Virus record (IMG/VR): IMGVR_UViG_3300031999_007842
Location: 53,708-117,707 of that record
Direction: 5' to 3' (one strand)
Source of the DNA: a virus
Lineage: Duplodnaviria > Heunggongvirae > Uroviricota > Caudoviricetes
DNA: 64,000 nucleotides
Numbering within the stretch: the first letter of the stretch is position 1; the number at the start of each line of letters is the position of its first letter. A program made the translations under genes and the position numbers. Shown here piece by piece: positions 55,232-64,000 of the stretch. The notes beneath the pieces are model-generated. The model was not told where the DNA came from. It saw only the letters and a program-made list of their open reading frames with translations, and ran no database searches.

Positions 55232-55707
55232 TGATAGAGAACATAGATGAAATGTGGAATGATTTGAAGGATGATCCAGATACTCAAGAATTTCTGGAAT
55301 ACTTTAGGAATTCTAAGAGCCATATCAACTACAAGCAGATTGATCAGAACATCAGAGATCTAATCAAAGTTTTCAATAGAATTCCATGGTTAGAAACAGA
55401 AGGATGCTGTGAAGGCCATTATAATGGGCAAAGTCAAAATAGAGGAAAAGGATACATCCAATTTGACGCACTGGATGATGAACTAGTAGAAAGTGTGCTC
55501 GTTCCTTTGCTAGAGAATGCTAAACTGCCTTGGGATACGATGGAAGTAGAATTGAAGAAACGCTGGAGCTTTGATTTTGGGAAACGAAAACGCGAGACTA
55601 TTTTTGGATGGTTTCTATGCTGGAATTGTCAAACCGAGAAAGACAGAGAAAGACTCTTCAAACTACTCTCAGATGCAGTAACCAGATATGTGGAGACGAG
55701 AATATGA
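55210..55707 (+). CDS. hypothetical protein
   Basis: 165-aa ORF. Confidence 0.45.
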   Translation: MVGEEVLMIENIDEMWNDLKDDPDTQEFLEYFRNSKSHINYKQIDQNIRDLIKVFNRIPWLETEGCCEGHYNGQSQNRGKGYIQFDALDDELVESVLVPLLENAKLPWDTMEVELKKRWSFDFGKRKRETIFGWFLCWNCQTEKDRERLFKLLSDAVTRYVETRI

Positions 55708-55952
55708 ACAAGAGCATGTCTTCACTTATCATCTATACTTTGGAACATTGCCCCAAATGCAAAGTTCTCACGAGTTATCTTAAATCAATGAACATAGAGT
55801 TTGAAGAGAAGAATGCTCAAGACTTTATATCTTACTTGACTAATCAAGGATATTACTCTGCCCCTGTCTTGGAATTAGATGGAGAACTCTTTGACTTCAG
55901 AAGTACCAAGCAAGTAACTCTTATATTACACAGGCATGGATATCCTATTTGA
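55704..55952 (+). CDS. glutaredoxin/NrdH-like thioredoxin-fold protein
   Basis: IIYTLEHCPKCKVL (CPxC) ... SAPVLELDGELF. Confidence 0.5.
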   Translation: MNKSMSSLIIYTLEHCPKCKVLTSYLKSMNIEFEEKNAQDFISYLTNQGYYSAPVLELDGELFDFRSTKQVTLILHRHGYPI

Positions 55953-56380
55953 GGCAACGTTCGATCGAGACTCAGATTGTAGAAGGAAGAAACTTGGAAT
56001 TTGAAATTCTTTTTGCAAAAGATTTGCAAAGAAGATATAGAAAGCGTGGCAGACGGGTAATGAAGGATATTAAATATTCAAGAGGGTTCGCGTTCTATCA
56101 TCCAAAGAAAGCATTTCTAATTATTGATAATCTTTGTGAAGATCTAGGTCGAGATTATGATACAGAGAAAAAACTTCTCATTGGGGTTGAGGAGCAGATA
56201 ACATGGACTACTATACATGAACTCATCCATCTATACTGGCCGCCATGTCAAGGTTTCTCATTGAGTGGAGAAGAACGTAAAGCTGATCTGATAACAAATA
56301 TCTTGACAGATTCAGATCAAATCAATGTAATAGAGCGATCTTTATATCTCACAGAAAGAAAGACTCTATATCGGAAGTGA
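55949..56380 (+). CDS. putative HExxH zinc metallopeptidase-like protein
   Basis: TTIHELIHLYWPPCQG contains HELIH. Confidence 0.4.
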   Translation: MRQRSIETQIVEGRNLEFEILFAKDLQRRYRKRGRRVMKDIKYSRGFAFYHPKKAFLIIDNLCEDLGRDYDTEKKLLIGVEEQITWTTIHELIHLYWPPCQGFSLSGEERKADLITNILTDSDQINVIERSLYLTERKTLYRK

Positions 56381-56563
56381 GAAAACGGTAACTATTTGGG
56401 ATTGCCGCCGTAAGGAAAAACTTACTAGTAGACGGGTAGGAGGAGATTTTGCCCTCACAATAACAAACGGGAACAATGAAGCAGAATTTGAAATATGGTT
56501 CCAAATGAAGGGGCCCAACAAGCAAGTCTATGAGAAGATAGAGAAGCTGATGGAGGAAGTTAA

Positions 56564-56923
56564 ATGTCAGATGAAAAGACAGGAAAAATGAAAGTTGAGC
56601 CTAGAAAGATGAATCCAATAAGTGCTTTCCTAGCTAAGAGAAGAAGACAGAAGAGAAAGAAACGATTCTTTGAGGCCAAGATAGGGACGGACAAATACGA
56701 GTCTTTCCTGAAAGAAGTTGATAATGCTCTGGCTGATATGGTCAGAAAGATTCCTGATAACGGCTTATTCCTTGATAAGATGGGAGAAGAAACTGCACAT
56801 TGGTTGAAAGATTTGCCTTACATTAATCTAGCAGCATTCAAAGCCGGAACCTGTTATGGGGTTTTCGCTTACTGCAGAATGAAGAAAGAACAGGAATCTA
56901 AGAGGAAGCAATATCTAGTCTAG
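56564..56923 (+). CDS. hypothetical protein
   Basis: co-directional ORF. Confidence 0.4.
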   Translation: MSDEKTGKMKVEPRKMNPISAFLAKRRRQKRKKRFFEAKIGTDKYESFLKEVDNALADMVRKIPDNGLFLDKMGEETAHWLKDLPYINLAAFKAGTCYGVFAYCRMKKEQESKRKQYLV

Positions 56924-56933
56924 AAGGGATAAG

Positions 56934-57374
56934 ATGGGTCTGACAATAAAACGAGAGAATAAGACAATCAGAATAGGTTCAACATTGGCACTAATTCTAG
57001 GATTCATTGCTTTCATAATAGCAATATTTGAAGGAGGCATTGGATGTCTATTGATCATTCCGTTCTTCTTCATAGGACTTTTTGGTTCTATTCTAGGTGC
57101 ACTACCTTTTGTAGGGCCGATTCTTTACTATCTGGGTATAGGTTGGATATTTAAAGCTATTCTGGGATTAACTCCTTTCCAGATGCCAATCTCAACAGGT
57201 ATCATATTCTATAGCAATCTAGTATTCTCAATGGTCTACTGCTTTGTGACCTCAGCCTTGACTGTCATCTTCTTAATACTGAGACGGAAAATCAAAGTAA
57301 CATTTGAAAAGAAAGGAAAAATAATGGAGATGTTAAAGAACATTGGAAAACAAAAGAAAGATAGGACTACTTAG
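56934..57374 (+). CDS. polytopic membrane protein
   Basis: three to four hydrophobic helices. Confidence 0.45.
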   Translation: MGLTIKRENKTIRIGSTLALILGFIAFIIAIFEGGIGCLLIIPFFFIGLFGSILGALPFVGPILYYLGIGWIFKAILGLTPFQMPISTGIIFYSNLVFSMVYCFVTSALTVIFLILRRKIKVTFEKKGKIMEMLKNIGKQKKDRTT

Positions 57375-57523
57375 GTTCTTTGCTTTCATAGTAGGTCTCA
57401 TGGGAGGAATGGAATCCGCCTACTTTCTACTATTCAGCAGAACAGGAGCAGGTTTCTTCGTCTTCCTTATATCATGGGTGTTTTATTACACCTCACTGTG
57501 GACACTAATAGGAAAGCAATGGA

Positions 57524-57838
57524 GTGATAAAGTTGGGCAAGCGTAATCAAATCTATGCTCGATATGTAAGGATCATGGCTTCGGCCGATAATCCTAATGA
57601 GATATACCTAGTCCTGGAGAAAGATGCTCCAATGGATAAGAAGTATATTCGCCAGTTTGACAATATGTTTGCTGGCAAAGATATCATATTGACAATAGGT
57701 GTACTCATTCGCAACAAGAATCCGAAAGAAGAAGAACAGGCGGAAGTGGAGTCAGGACGAAGGAGACCGAAGAAAGAAGAAGATGCTGATGAAGATAAGC
57801 CTCCACAAGACTCACCATTTTGGGATGTGCAATCTTGA
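57524..57838 (+). CDS. hypothetical protein with acidic/basic tail
   Basis: co-directional ORF. Confidence 0.4.
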   Translation: MIKLGKRNQIYARYVRIMASADNPNEIYLVLEKDAPMDKKYIRQFDNMFAGKDIILTIGVLIRNKNPKEEEQAEVESGRRRPKKEEDADEDKPPQDSPFWDVQS

Positions 57839-58152
57839 CAAGATATGAAGAACGAGGATATTGCTCTCTATGCCAGGCATGGGTCACCAAAGAGAACTTG
57901 CTTAAGATCTATATCAAGGGCGTAGATAGATATGTGTACTACTGCAGGATACACCGAAAACAAGTGCGACTCAAGGCGAGAGGAACACCTATGTCAACTG
58001 TCAGGAAGTAAAATCGTGAGCATTTGTGATGGATGCCCAGAAATAAGAAACTGCAAAAAAGAAAGGCTGAAGACTTATCGATTTAATGATGGCACTGTCT
58101 ATGAGGCCTGTGGAGATCGCAACAAAAGTGTCAATGTGAAGGAGGGAAAGAA

Positions 58153-58443
58153 ATGAAAGGTTTAGGTTGTGGTGGATGTCCCACCAAGGGAGATGAGAAA
58201 GCACAACAGAAGCAACTCGAAGAAATGATGAAGAAACGAGTCAAGTCTGTTGACTGCCCATACAAAGGAGCATGCACTCAGAAGGTCCTAAAAGAGGAAG
58301 CTGAACTGATGTGCATGGACCGTGAAAAGTCCCAAGAAACTGTGATGGTGCATGTAAACGGCCATCATATCTGGGAAATGTGCAAAGTCTTCCACGAGAC
58401 AAAACAAGGGAGAGAGGGCAAACTACCGAAGGACTGGTTTTAA
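58153..58443 (+). CDS. Cys-containing hypothetical protein
   Basis: ATGA overlap. Confidence 0.4.
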   Translation: MKGLGCGGCPTKGDEKAQQKQLEEMMKKRVKSVDCPYKGACTQKVLKEEAELMCMDREKSQETVMVHVNGHHIWEMCKVFHETKQGREGKLPKDWF

Positions 58444-58512
58444 TTCTAGTTCTTCAAACCAGTTATCTCTTTCACCAACTCTCTTTCCTCTTGTAAATAA
58501 GAAGGTAAACGT

Positions 58513-58842
58513 ATGAAGATAAGAATAACATTTGCTAGGGATGCAGCATCCCATGAAGAAAAGCTAACTTTATTACTCATGAGATTCTTTGAACCAACCA
58601 AACTATTCTGGCTAGGTTCTCATGATAGTTGGGGTAGTCAACCTGAAGCTATAATGGAAGGAGCTATCCCAATCAATCCGTTCGAAGCAATGGAGCAAAT
58701 CAATGCCACGATGGTCAAAGAAGTCAAGGATTGGTCACATTCCTTTGTGGTAACTTGCATAGAAATGGAGAGTGCTCAAGAGAAGGAAAAGATTGCAACT
58801 TGGATACTAGTTGACAAACTTAAACCAGGAAAGCTTATATGA
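58513..58842 (+). CDS. hypothetical protein
   Basis: co-directional ORF. Confidence 0.4.
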   Translation: MKIRITFARDAASHEEKLTLLLMRFFEPTKLFWLGSHDSWGSQPEAIMEGAIPINPFEAMEQINATMVKEVKDWSHSFVVTCIEMESAQEKEKIATWILVDKLKPGKLI

Positions 58843-58875
58843 AGAAAAGACTTACATGATATAGAGGATGAGTTT

Positions 58876-60441
58876 ATGAGCGTAAGAGAGAAAGTAAAAG
58901 TCCAAATCGATGAGATCGAGAAGACTCTTTACGGAATGAAAGATGTCGTTAAGATCTATTGCCTCTCCAAAGCAACTGATCTCACTGTAATGCTGCTAGG
59001 AGCTCATGCAACAGCCAAGTCTTCTCTAGCAAGAATGTGGTCTATTACCACTGGACTCAACTACAGAGTTGTCACTTCCTCAGAAGTGGATGAATCGTTG
59101 ATCGCATATATTGACCCAGCTATCTTCAGAGAGAAGAACATAGTCCAGATGCGTAGAGGAGAACTGATGGAGAAGGAGCACATAATTATCGATGAATTCT
59201 TCTTATGGCTGAATAAGTATCGTGCAAAGTTGCACCAGTTACTAGAAGAGCATACCTATGCAGGATTAGATGTGCTAACTAAGACTTACACTTTCCTGTC
59301 TAACCCGCTGTCCGAATATTATGCAGGGCAGATTGAGGAGAAGAACTTAGCTACGATTGACAGAATAGATCTATTTGTCCCGGTTAATCAGCCTAAGATC
59401 GTACCAAGCGAAACCATGATGCGAAAGTTTGCTAGATATGGTAGAAATGAGAAGACTCTAGACAAGGTAATATCTTGGGAAGATTATCAGAAAGCAAAGG
59501 AAGAAATCGCTCAAGTCACTGTGCCTTCAAGAATAGTGATATGGCTCACATTGTTTGCTCATTCGATGGCCTCCTGTAAACATACTCCTGACAAATGGTC
59601 TGTTTCTCTAGCCAAGATGAAGAAACTTTGTGCAGCTTGTAATGAAAACAACCACCTATGTGGCAAGGTCTTGTTATCCAAACCAAGATTTCTACGAGCT
59701 ACTATTATCCTAGCCAAAGGTCTTGCTTGGCTGAATGGGCGAAGTGCTGTTAGCTTCGATAATATTAATGAAGCCATCCATTATACACTTCCACATAGAA
59801 TCGCCTGGATACAAGAAGAATTATCCTATGCGGAATCACTAGAACTAGTTCCCGAGTTAACTCAGCAATTCAATGACGAGATGCTTGCGTGGAAAAACCG
59901 TGGTATATTCTCTGAATTAGCAAAGATCATAGAAGGGAGCAAGAAGACTCCACCTGTATATGAAGAGAAGATCGGTCAGAGCTTAAGCATTGATGTCTCG
60001 GAAATTCATCTTCTGAAAGAGTTTGTAGCAGAGACTCTCCAATCAGTCAAAGAAGATATCTCTAAGTTCTATATAACTGAAGGGGCAATAGAAGACTTTG
60101 ATACATTGGCAGATCTTCAACAATTCCTAGAGCAATCTGGAATAGAAGCATTTGATAGAGATGAGATGATCTATGCAATAGTGAGCAAAAGCAGCAAACT
60201 TTTCTTCTCAGTTCCATCTACACCAGAAAACATAGAGAAATTTGTTGGTGCCCTTGTAGCCTTCCATAAGAAGGAACAAGTACAGATCGATGACAAGACA
60301 TTGCTTGAAAGGAAGTTTGGAGAAAGTCTAGCATTCGACTCAGAGCTAATAAAGATGAGAGAATACCAGGGTGAAATCCAGATGCTTTTCGAGGACAAGG
60401 TCAGACGAATTGCATTTGTTAAACTATGGAGTGGACCCTGA
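58876..60441 (+). CDS. MoxR-like AAA+ ATPase (divergent Walker A)
   Basis: VMLLGAHATAKSSLAR (degenerate P-loop), HIIIDEFF (Walker B), FLSNP and ATIDRIDLF resembling MoxR ATQNP / AQLDRF. Confidence 0.5.
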   Translation: MSVREKVKVQIDEIEKTLYGMKDVVKIYCLSKATDLTVMLLGAHATAKSSLARMWSITTGLNYRVVTSSEVDESLIAYIDPAIFREKNIVQMRRGELMEKEHIIIDEFFLWLNKYRAKLHQLLEEHTYAGLDVLTKTYTFLSNPLSEYYAGQIEEKNLATIDRIDLFVPVNQPKIVPSETMMRKFARYGRNEKTLDKVISWEDYQKAKEEIAQVTVPSRIVIWLTLFAHSMASCKHTPDKWSVSLAKMKKLCAACNENNHLCGKVLLSKPRFLRATIILAKGLAWLNGRSAVSFDNINEAIHYTLPHRIAWIQEELSYAESLELVPELTQQFNDEMLAWKNRGIFSELAKIIEGSKKTPPVYEEKIGQSLSIDVSEIHLLKEFVAETLQSVKEDISKFYITEGAIEDFDTLADLQQFLEQSGIEAFDRDEMIYAIVSKSSKLFFSVPSTPENIEKFVGALVAFHKKEQVQIDDKTLLERKFGESLAFDSELIKMREYQGEIQMLFEDKVRRIAFVKLWSGP

Positions 60442-60926
60442 TGTCAACAGTAGCACCTTTGCCTGCAGATGTAGTGAAAGCTTTCCCTGAAGTCTATGGG
60501 CACACAATCAAGAAAGAGAAGAAAGAGAAAGTGACCATAAAAGGCATCGAGATAGAAATCAAGAGATACAGTACCACTCTCAAGACAAGTGGAATTAGAG
60601 TGTCACTCATAGATAATTCAGGTGCCTTCTTTATCAAGTTCAACGAGTACATTGCAAATGTTGAAAATCAAAGACCGGCAGATGAGAAGGCAATGGGAAT
60701 GTGGTCATTCACTACTCTATCTGCCCTAGACCCAGGCCTTGAAGAAGTCGAAGGGGCAGGTTATTATGTTTATCAGAATAACATCATCTTTAATGAAGAA
60801 GAGAAATCAGGCGCACCCCTAGCGAGACTGATGCTTTTCATTGAATATTACAAGAAGAAGTTCAACATAAGAACATTCATCAAGGAGGATGAATTCTCGG
60901 AACTGGACAAGCTGGAACGTGAATGA
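60426..60926 (+). CDS. hypothetical protein
   Basis: co-directional ORF between ATPase and HExxH protein. Confidence 0.45.
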   Translation: MEWTLMSTVAPLPADVVKAFPEVYGHTIKKEKKEKVTIKGIEIEIKRYSTTLKTSGIRVSLIDNSGAFFIKFNEYIANVENQRPADEKAMGMWSFTTLSALDPGLEEVEGAGYYVYQNNIIFNEEEKSGAPLARLMLFIEYYKKKFNIRTFIKEDEFSELDKLERE

Positions 60927-61780
60927 CAAAGGAGTTAATTACACCAAAGAACTTTGCTAAGATTCGCCATCGGTTAGGGGAACTACACATCCATTGTTGG
61001 AAAATGTCCAGGCCTCTATTTCCTAGGATGAGACTAGACTTTAGAGTATTCCCTCATGAGTCCTATTTCTCGACCACAGGGCAAATCTGGTGGGTTACTC
61101 CATTTTGGCGTGGAGATGCCTTTGCTCTTTCAATCCTGTTTCACGAAGGGCATCATTGGAATATATATCCTGTTGATATTTTCAGAAGTCTTAAGGAAGT
61201 CTTTGATGCAAGAAGACTCCTGGCCGAAGAGGTAGGCTTCAAACCAGAGATCAAGAAAAGATCACTTTGGGCCACAGAAGAAGACTGGTCTAAGTTTGGA
61301 CATCCTATTGAAGAGTTCCAGTTTGTTGAGAATATTCTTGGTGACTACCTCATTAATTGGCACATTCATGATATCTATCCTACTGTCTGGAATGATCTGT
61401 GGAACTTCCTGTTCATCGATGGAACATTCTATACTAAAGAGAAAGCCTTGAAACGAGATACAACTTTCCTTCTATACATGGCTGTGTATCCAGAACTTAT
61501 AACAGGACTCCCGGCTATAAAAGTGCAAGAACAAGCATCAATAGACAAGATCCCTAAGATAGCTAAGATTATTAGAGACTGTAGAGGAGCACGAATCTCG
61601 ACAACATATGCCTTGAAAGAATTAACCAAACTTTTTCACGACAACATTATGAAAGACTTCAAGGAAGGGCAAGAGAATGCAGAAGGGAAAGCTGGTAAGA
61701 TGGAATGCCCCCAGTGCCATAATGATGAATGGCAAATCACTGCTTACCAAGATGAGAATGGAAACTGGGTGAATGTATGA
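60923..61780 (+). CDS. HExxH (FHEGHHW) putative metallopeptidase-like protein with C-terminal zinc ribbon; possible DUF2201-type MoxR/vWA partner
   Basis: HEGHH motif; CPQCHN ribbon; genomic context with MoxR and vWA. Confidence 0.4.
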   Translation: MTKELITPKNFAKIRHRLGELHIHCWKMSRPLFPRMRLDFRVFPHESYFSTTGQIWWVTPFWRGDAFALSILFHEGHHWNIYPVDIFRSLKEVFDARRLLAEEVGFKPEIKKRSLWATEEDWSKFGHPIEEFQFVENILGDYLINWHIHDIYPTVWNDLWNFLFIDGTFYTKEKALKRDTTFLLYMAVYPELITGLPAIKVQEQASIDKIPKIAKIIRDCRGARISTTYALKELTKLFHDNIMKDFKEGQENAEGKAGKMECPQCHNDEWQITAYQDENGNWVNV

Positions 61781-62022
61781 GAAAGAGAGTTACCTTCGAA
61801 GGCTTAAAAGCAAACGTGGAATTCTATGTCGAGTGCCCAGCATGTGACAAAGAGCTTATAGTTACTGTTATCTTTGCTAATATCAAATGTCCAGCATGTG
61901 GTTGGATATTCAAACCAAGCAAAATACTTTCAAGAAGAAAGACACAGAAGAATCCCTCATTCAGGGAATTTAGTACAGGTGTGGAGGTTAATGCGAAAAA
62001 AGACAGGACTCAAGTGCCCTAA
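61777..62022 (+). CDS. zinc-ribbon protein
   Basis: CPACD...CPACG. Confidence 0.4.
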   Translation: MRKRVTFEGLKANVEFYVECPACDKELIVTVIFANIKCPACGWIFKPSKILSRRKTQKNPSFREFSTGVEVNAKKDRTQVP

Positions 62023-62223
62023 GTGTGGAACAGTAATGATCAAGAGTCCCAATGCAAACTATCTTGATCCATTTGAAATGGGCTACCATTGTCCACAGTG
62101 TGACGCTCATTACTCATTTGACAATTGGCAAAACTACTATGAGATATGTGCATATGAGGACAAAGAAAAGGAGAAGAATAAACCCAAACCTTTCAATCCA
62201 TCAGTAAGAGGAAGTGCGGCAAA

Positions 62224-63225
62224 GTGAAAGTCAGACTTAAATGCAAGAAATGTGGTTATGAGTTTGAGACTAACTTACAGGTCAATCCACTGGGATCCAT
62301 GAAGCCTGGCACTAAGAATCCTGCTTCTGGAATAAAGATAGATAAGGATTCACTTGACAAGATCCTTGAAGCTACGAAAGGCGCTTCCAGAGAAGAACTT
62401 GAGAAGCTAGGTCTTCTCATTGAACCAGGAGATTGGGATAACGCTCAAGAGCGTCTTGCATTAAGGAAATTTCTGCTTGAGAACTTGAAGATTAGCAGAG
62501 ACAAGAAACAGCAACGTGGAGAGAAATACGTAGTAGCTACAGAACCCTGGGCTATGGGTGATTCTTTCAGAGATGTTGACCTAACTTCTTCAGAAGTGAA
62601 GAGCATGGGTGTAGATGATCTAAGGATGGTTCCTGGAGTTACAATGCAGAAGAAAGTCTATGGTATAACGAAAGGGCGTGACACTGAGGAGCTTAAAGGG
62701 ATCAAATTCCTAGTAATCATAGATGGTTCAGGAAGCATGATATCTGGTAGTGGAGGAAGAGGTTACATAGACGGAGGCAAGATCGGCAAGGCTCTTTTGA
62801 TAGGGAAAGAGGTCTATGAGATAACTAAGAGACTAGCATTTGAATATCTACTGGTTCTCTTCTCTGACAAAGGAGTAAAGGTTGACAAGAAAAGATTAAG
62901 AGAATTCTGGGCAGATGCTAATGAGCGACTCAATTATGCTATATGGAACGGAGGGACACGCTTAGCTTCTGGACTAGAACAATTTACAGAGGAAGAATAC
63001 AAGGATTCCAATGTGATAGTTATCTCTGACATGGATATCTCAGACTTTGTTGAGACACGAGAGACCATCATTAAACTATCCAAGTTGACAAATACCTTCA
63101 AGATTATTGTCATCGAAGATACGAGCATAGATATAGAGGAACGACAGAAGAAGGTTAGACAGATGTTCCCGGCCGACATCAATCTGAAGATTATGTACCT
63201 GGGTGTGAAAAGGGAAGGAAGTTAG
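62224..63225 (+). CDS. von Willebrand factor A (vWA) domain protein
   Basis: MIDAS DxSxS (VIIDGSGSM) and downstream VIVISDMD; N-terminal CKKCG zinc ribbon. Confidence 0.55.
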   Translation: MKVRLKCKKCGYEFETNLQVNPLGSMKPGTKNPASGIKIDKDSLDKILEATKGASREELEKLGLLIEPGDWDNAQERLALRKFLLENLKISRDKKQQRGEKYVVATEPWAMGDSFRDVDLTSSEVKSMGVDDLRMVPGVTMQKKVYGITKGRDTEELKGIKFLVIIDGSGSMISGSGGRGYIDGGKIGKALLIGKEVYEITKRLAFEYLLVLFSDKGVKVDKKRLREFWADANERLNYAIWNGGTRLASGLEQFTEEEYKDSNVIVISDMDISDFVETRETIIKLSKLTNTFKIIVIEDTSIDIEERQKKVRQMFPADINLKIMYLGVKREGS

Positions 63226-63272
63226 AAAGTGTTAAATATGATGTATGAATATAACTTATTAGGTAGAAACAA

Positions 63273-63686
63273 ATGGATAGAAAAGAGTACATGCGGAAGT
63301 ACAATTGTGAACATAAAGAAAGAAAACGAGAACTTACTAATAAATGGAGAGAAGAACACAGAGGAGAATATCTTAAAAGTAACCTCAAGTCAGTCGAGAA
63401 ACGCCAGAAAAGAATCCGACAGGAGATTTTTATTTTGCTAGGGAATAAATGCACGAATCCAAATTGTCCCATTCCTTCAGAAAAGTTAGATCCTCGAGGA
63501 CTTCAGATTGATCATGTTAATGGTGGAGGAACTAAGATGAGAAAGAAATTAGGAATCTCTAATTGCTATTTCCGTATCCTCAAAGAAATAAAGGCAGGCT
63601 CTCTAGATTATCAATTACTTTGTGCATACTGCAACTTTATTAAACGCCTTGATACTAAGAGGGAAAGAGGTGGAGTAAATGGCTAA
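63273..63686 (+). CDS. HNH endonuclease (paralog 3 of 3)
   Basis: FILLGNKCTNPNC...LQIDHVNGGG...DYQLLCAYCN aligns with 29222 and 34690. Confidence 0.6.
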   Translation: MDRKEYMRKYNCEHKERKRELTNKWREEHRGEYLKSNLKSVEKRQKRIRQEIFILLGNKCTNPNCPIPSEKLDPRGLQIDHVNGGGTKMRKKLGISNCYFRILKEIKAGSLDYQLLCAYCNFIKRLDTKRERGGVNG

Positions 63687-64000
63687 ATTCCAAATGAAAA
63701 ATGACTGGTATGAACTAACAATCAAGACAGGTAACTCACAGAAGATTGAACTAGAGATAGCCTTTGCCGAGAAAGAAATCCCAGAGCAAGAACTTAGGAA
63801 CCTGGAATTGTCTGTCCGCTTATTACTCGAAGCCTGTGGACGTTTCGCTACTAATCCATCGAGGAGATAAATGGTGTTCGAGTTCCATTTCGAGAGGTTC
63901 ACACCATTCCATAAGAAGAAGGTAATGGAATTTCTTGGGAAGTTAAGCTTACATACCAGAGAGATGCTATCTATCTCAGGAATAGATGCCAAATCTATCT

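Noticed and set aside
270-63992. All minus-strand ORFs in the six-frame track (e.g. 6831..7328, 7579..8145, 21911..22357, 53599..54060, 63615..63992)
   Set aside because: Each lies entirely antisense to a dense, overlapping plus-strand gene chain. They are low-complexity (Ser/Leu/Phe-rich), lack RBS-like motifs and show no recognisable motifs, so they read as shadow ORFs.
1-64000. CRISPR array, integrase/att sites, capsid/terminase/portal genes, rRNA
   Set aside because: No regularly spaced direct repeats were seen. No tyrosine/serine recombinase motifs and no large ORFs with structural-protein signatures are present. This cannot exclude divergent forms without profile searches.

Overview
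64-kb window, about 40% GC, tiled by roughly 170 short ORFs that are almost all on the plus strand. Stop/start overlaps (ATGA and 4-20 nt) are pervasive and GGAGG/GGTGA-like RBS motifs precede many starts. No capsid, terminase, replicative polymerase or integrase is recognisable. It therefore reads as an accessory arm of a large archaeal virus or giant archaeal extrachromosomal element, host unknown. The centre (45.85-48.93 kb) is a tRNA island of 11 tRNAs. Five carry introns at the canonical 37/38 position, which is archaeal/eukaryal BHB-type. tRNA-Gly is split by a 349-nt intron that hosts an HNH endonuclease ORF. The four tRNAs with short introns (Ser, Leu, Tyr, Asp) also encode CCA; the intronless ones do not. 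Inside the island sits a C-terminally truncated aRF1/eRF1-like release factor with NIKS and GGQ motifs. An Rnl2-like RNA ligase lies just upstream of the island. Other recognisable genes are an AEP prim-pol, a Spo11/TopoVI-A-like stand-alone protein next to a LAGLIDADG endonuclease, Cas4-like and ParB-like nucleases, and a MoxR-like ATPase + HExxH protein + vWA triad. There are three dispersed HNH endonuclease paralogs. Further recognisable genes are SPFH, a dual-specificity phosphatase, SLOG/DUF2493, cupin, FeoA-like, glutaredoxin-like and Gp37/Gp68-like. The most striking feature is a lineage-specific expansion of at least 28 small proteins sharing an N-terminal W-x-[KR]-[IL]-L-G motif, plus several other tandem paralog sets and very many small Cys-rich zinc-ribbon-like proteins. 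All functional calls rest on motif recognition by eye; no database search was possible.
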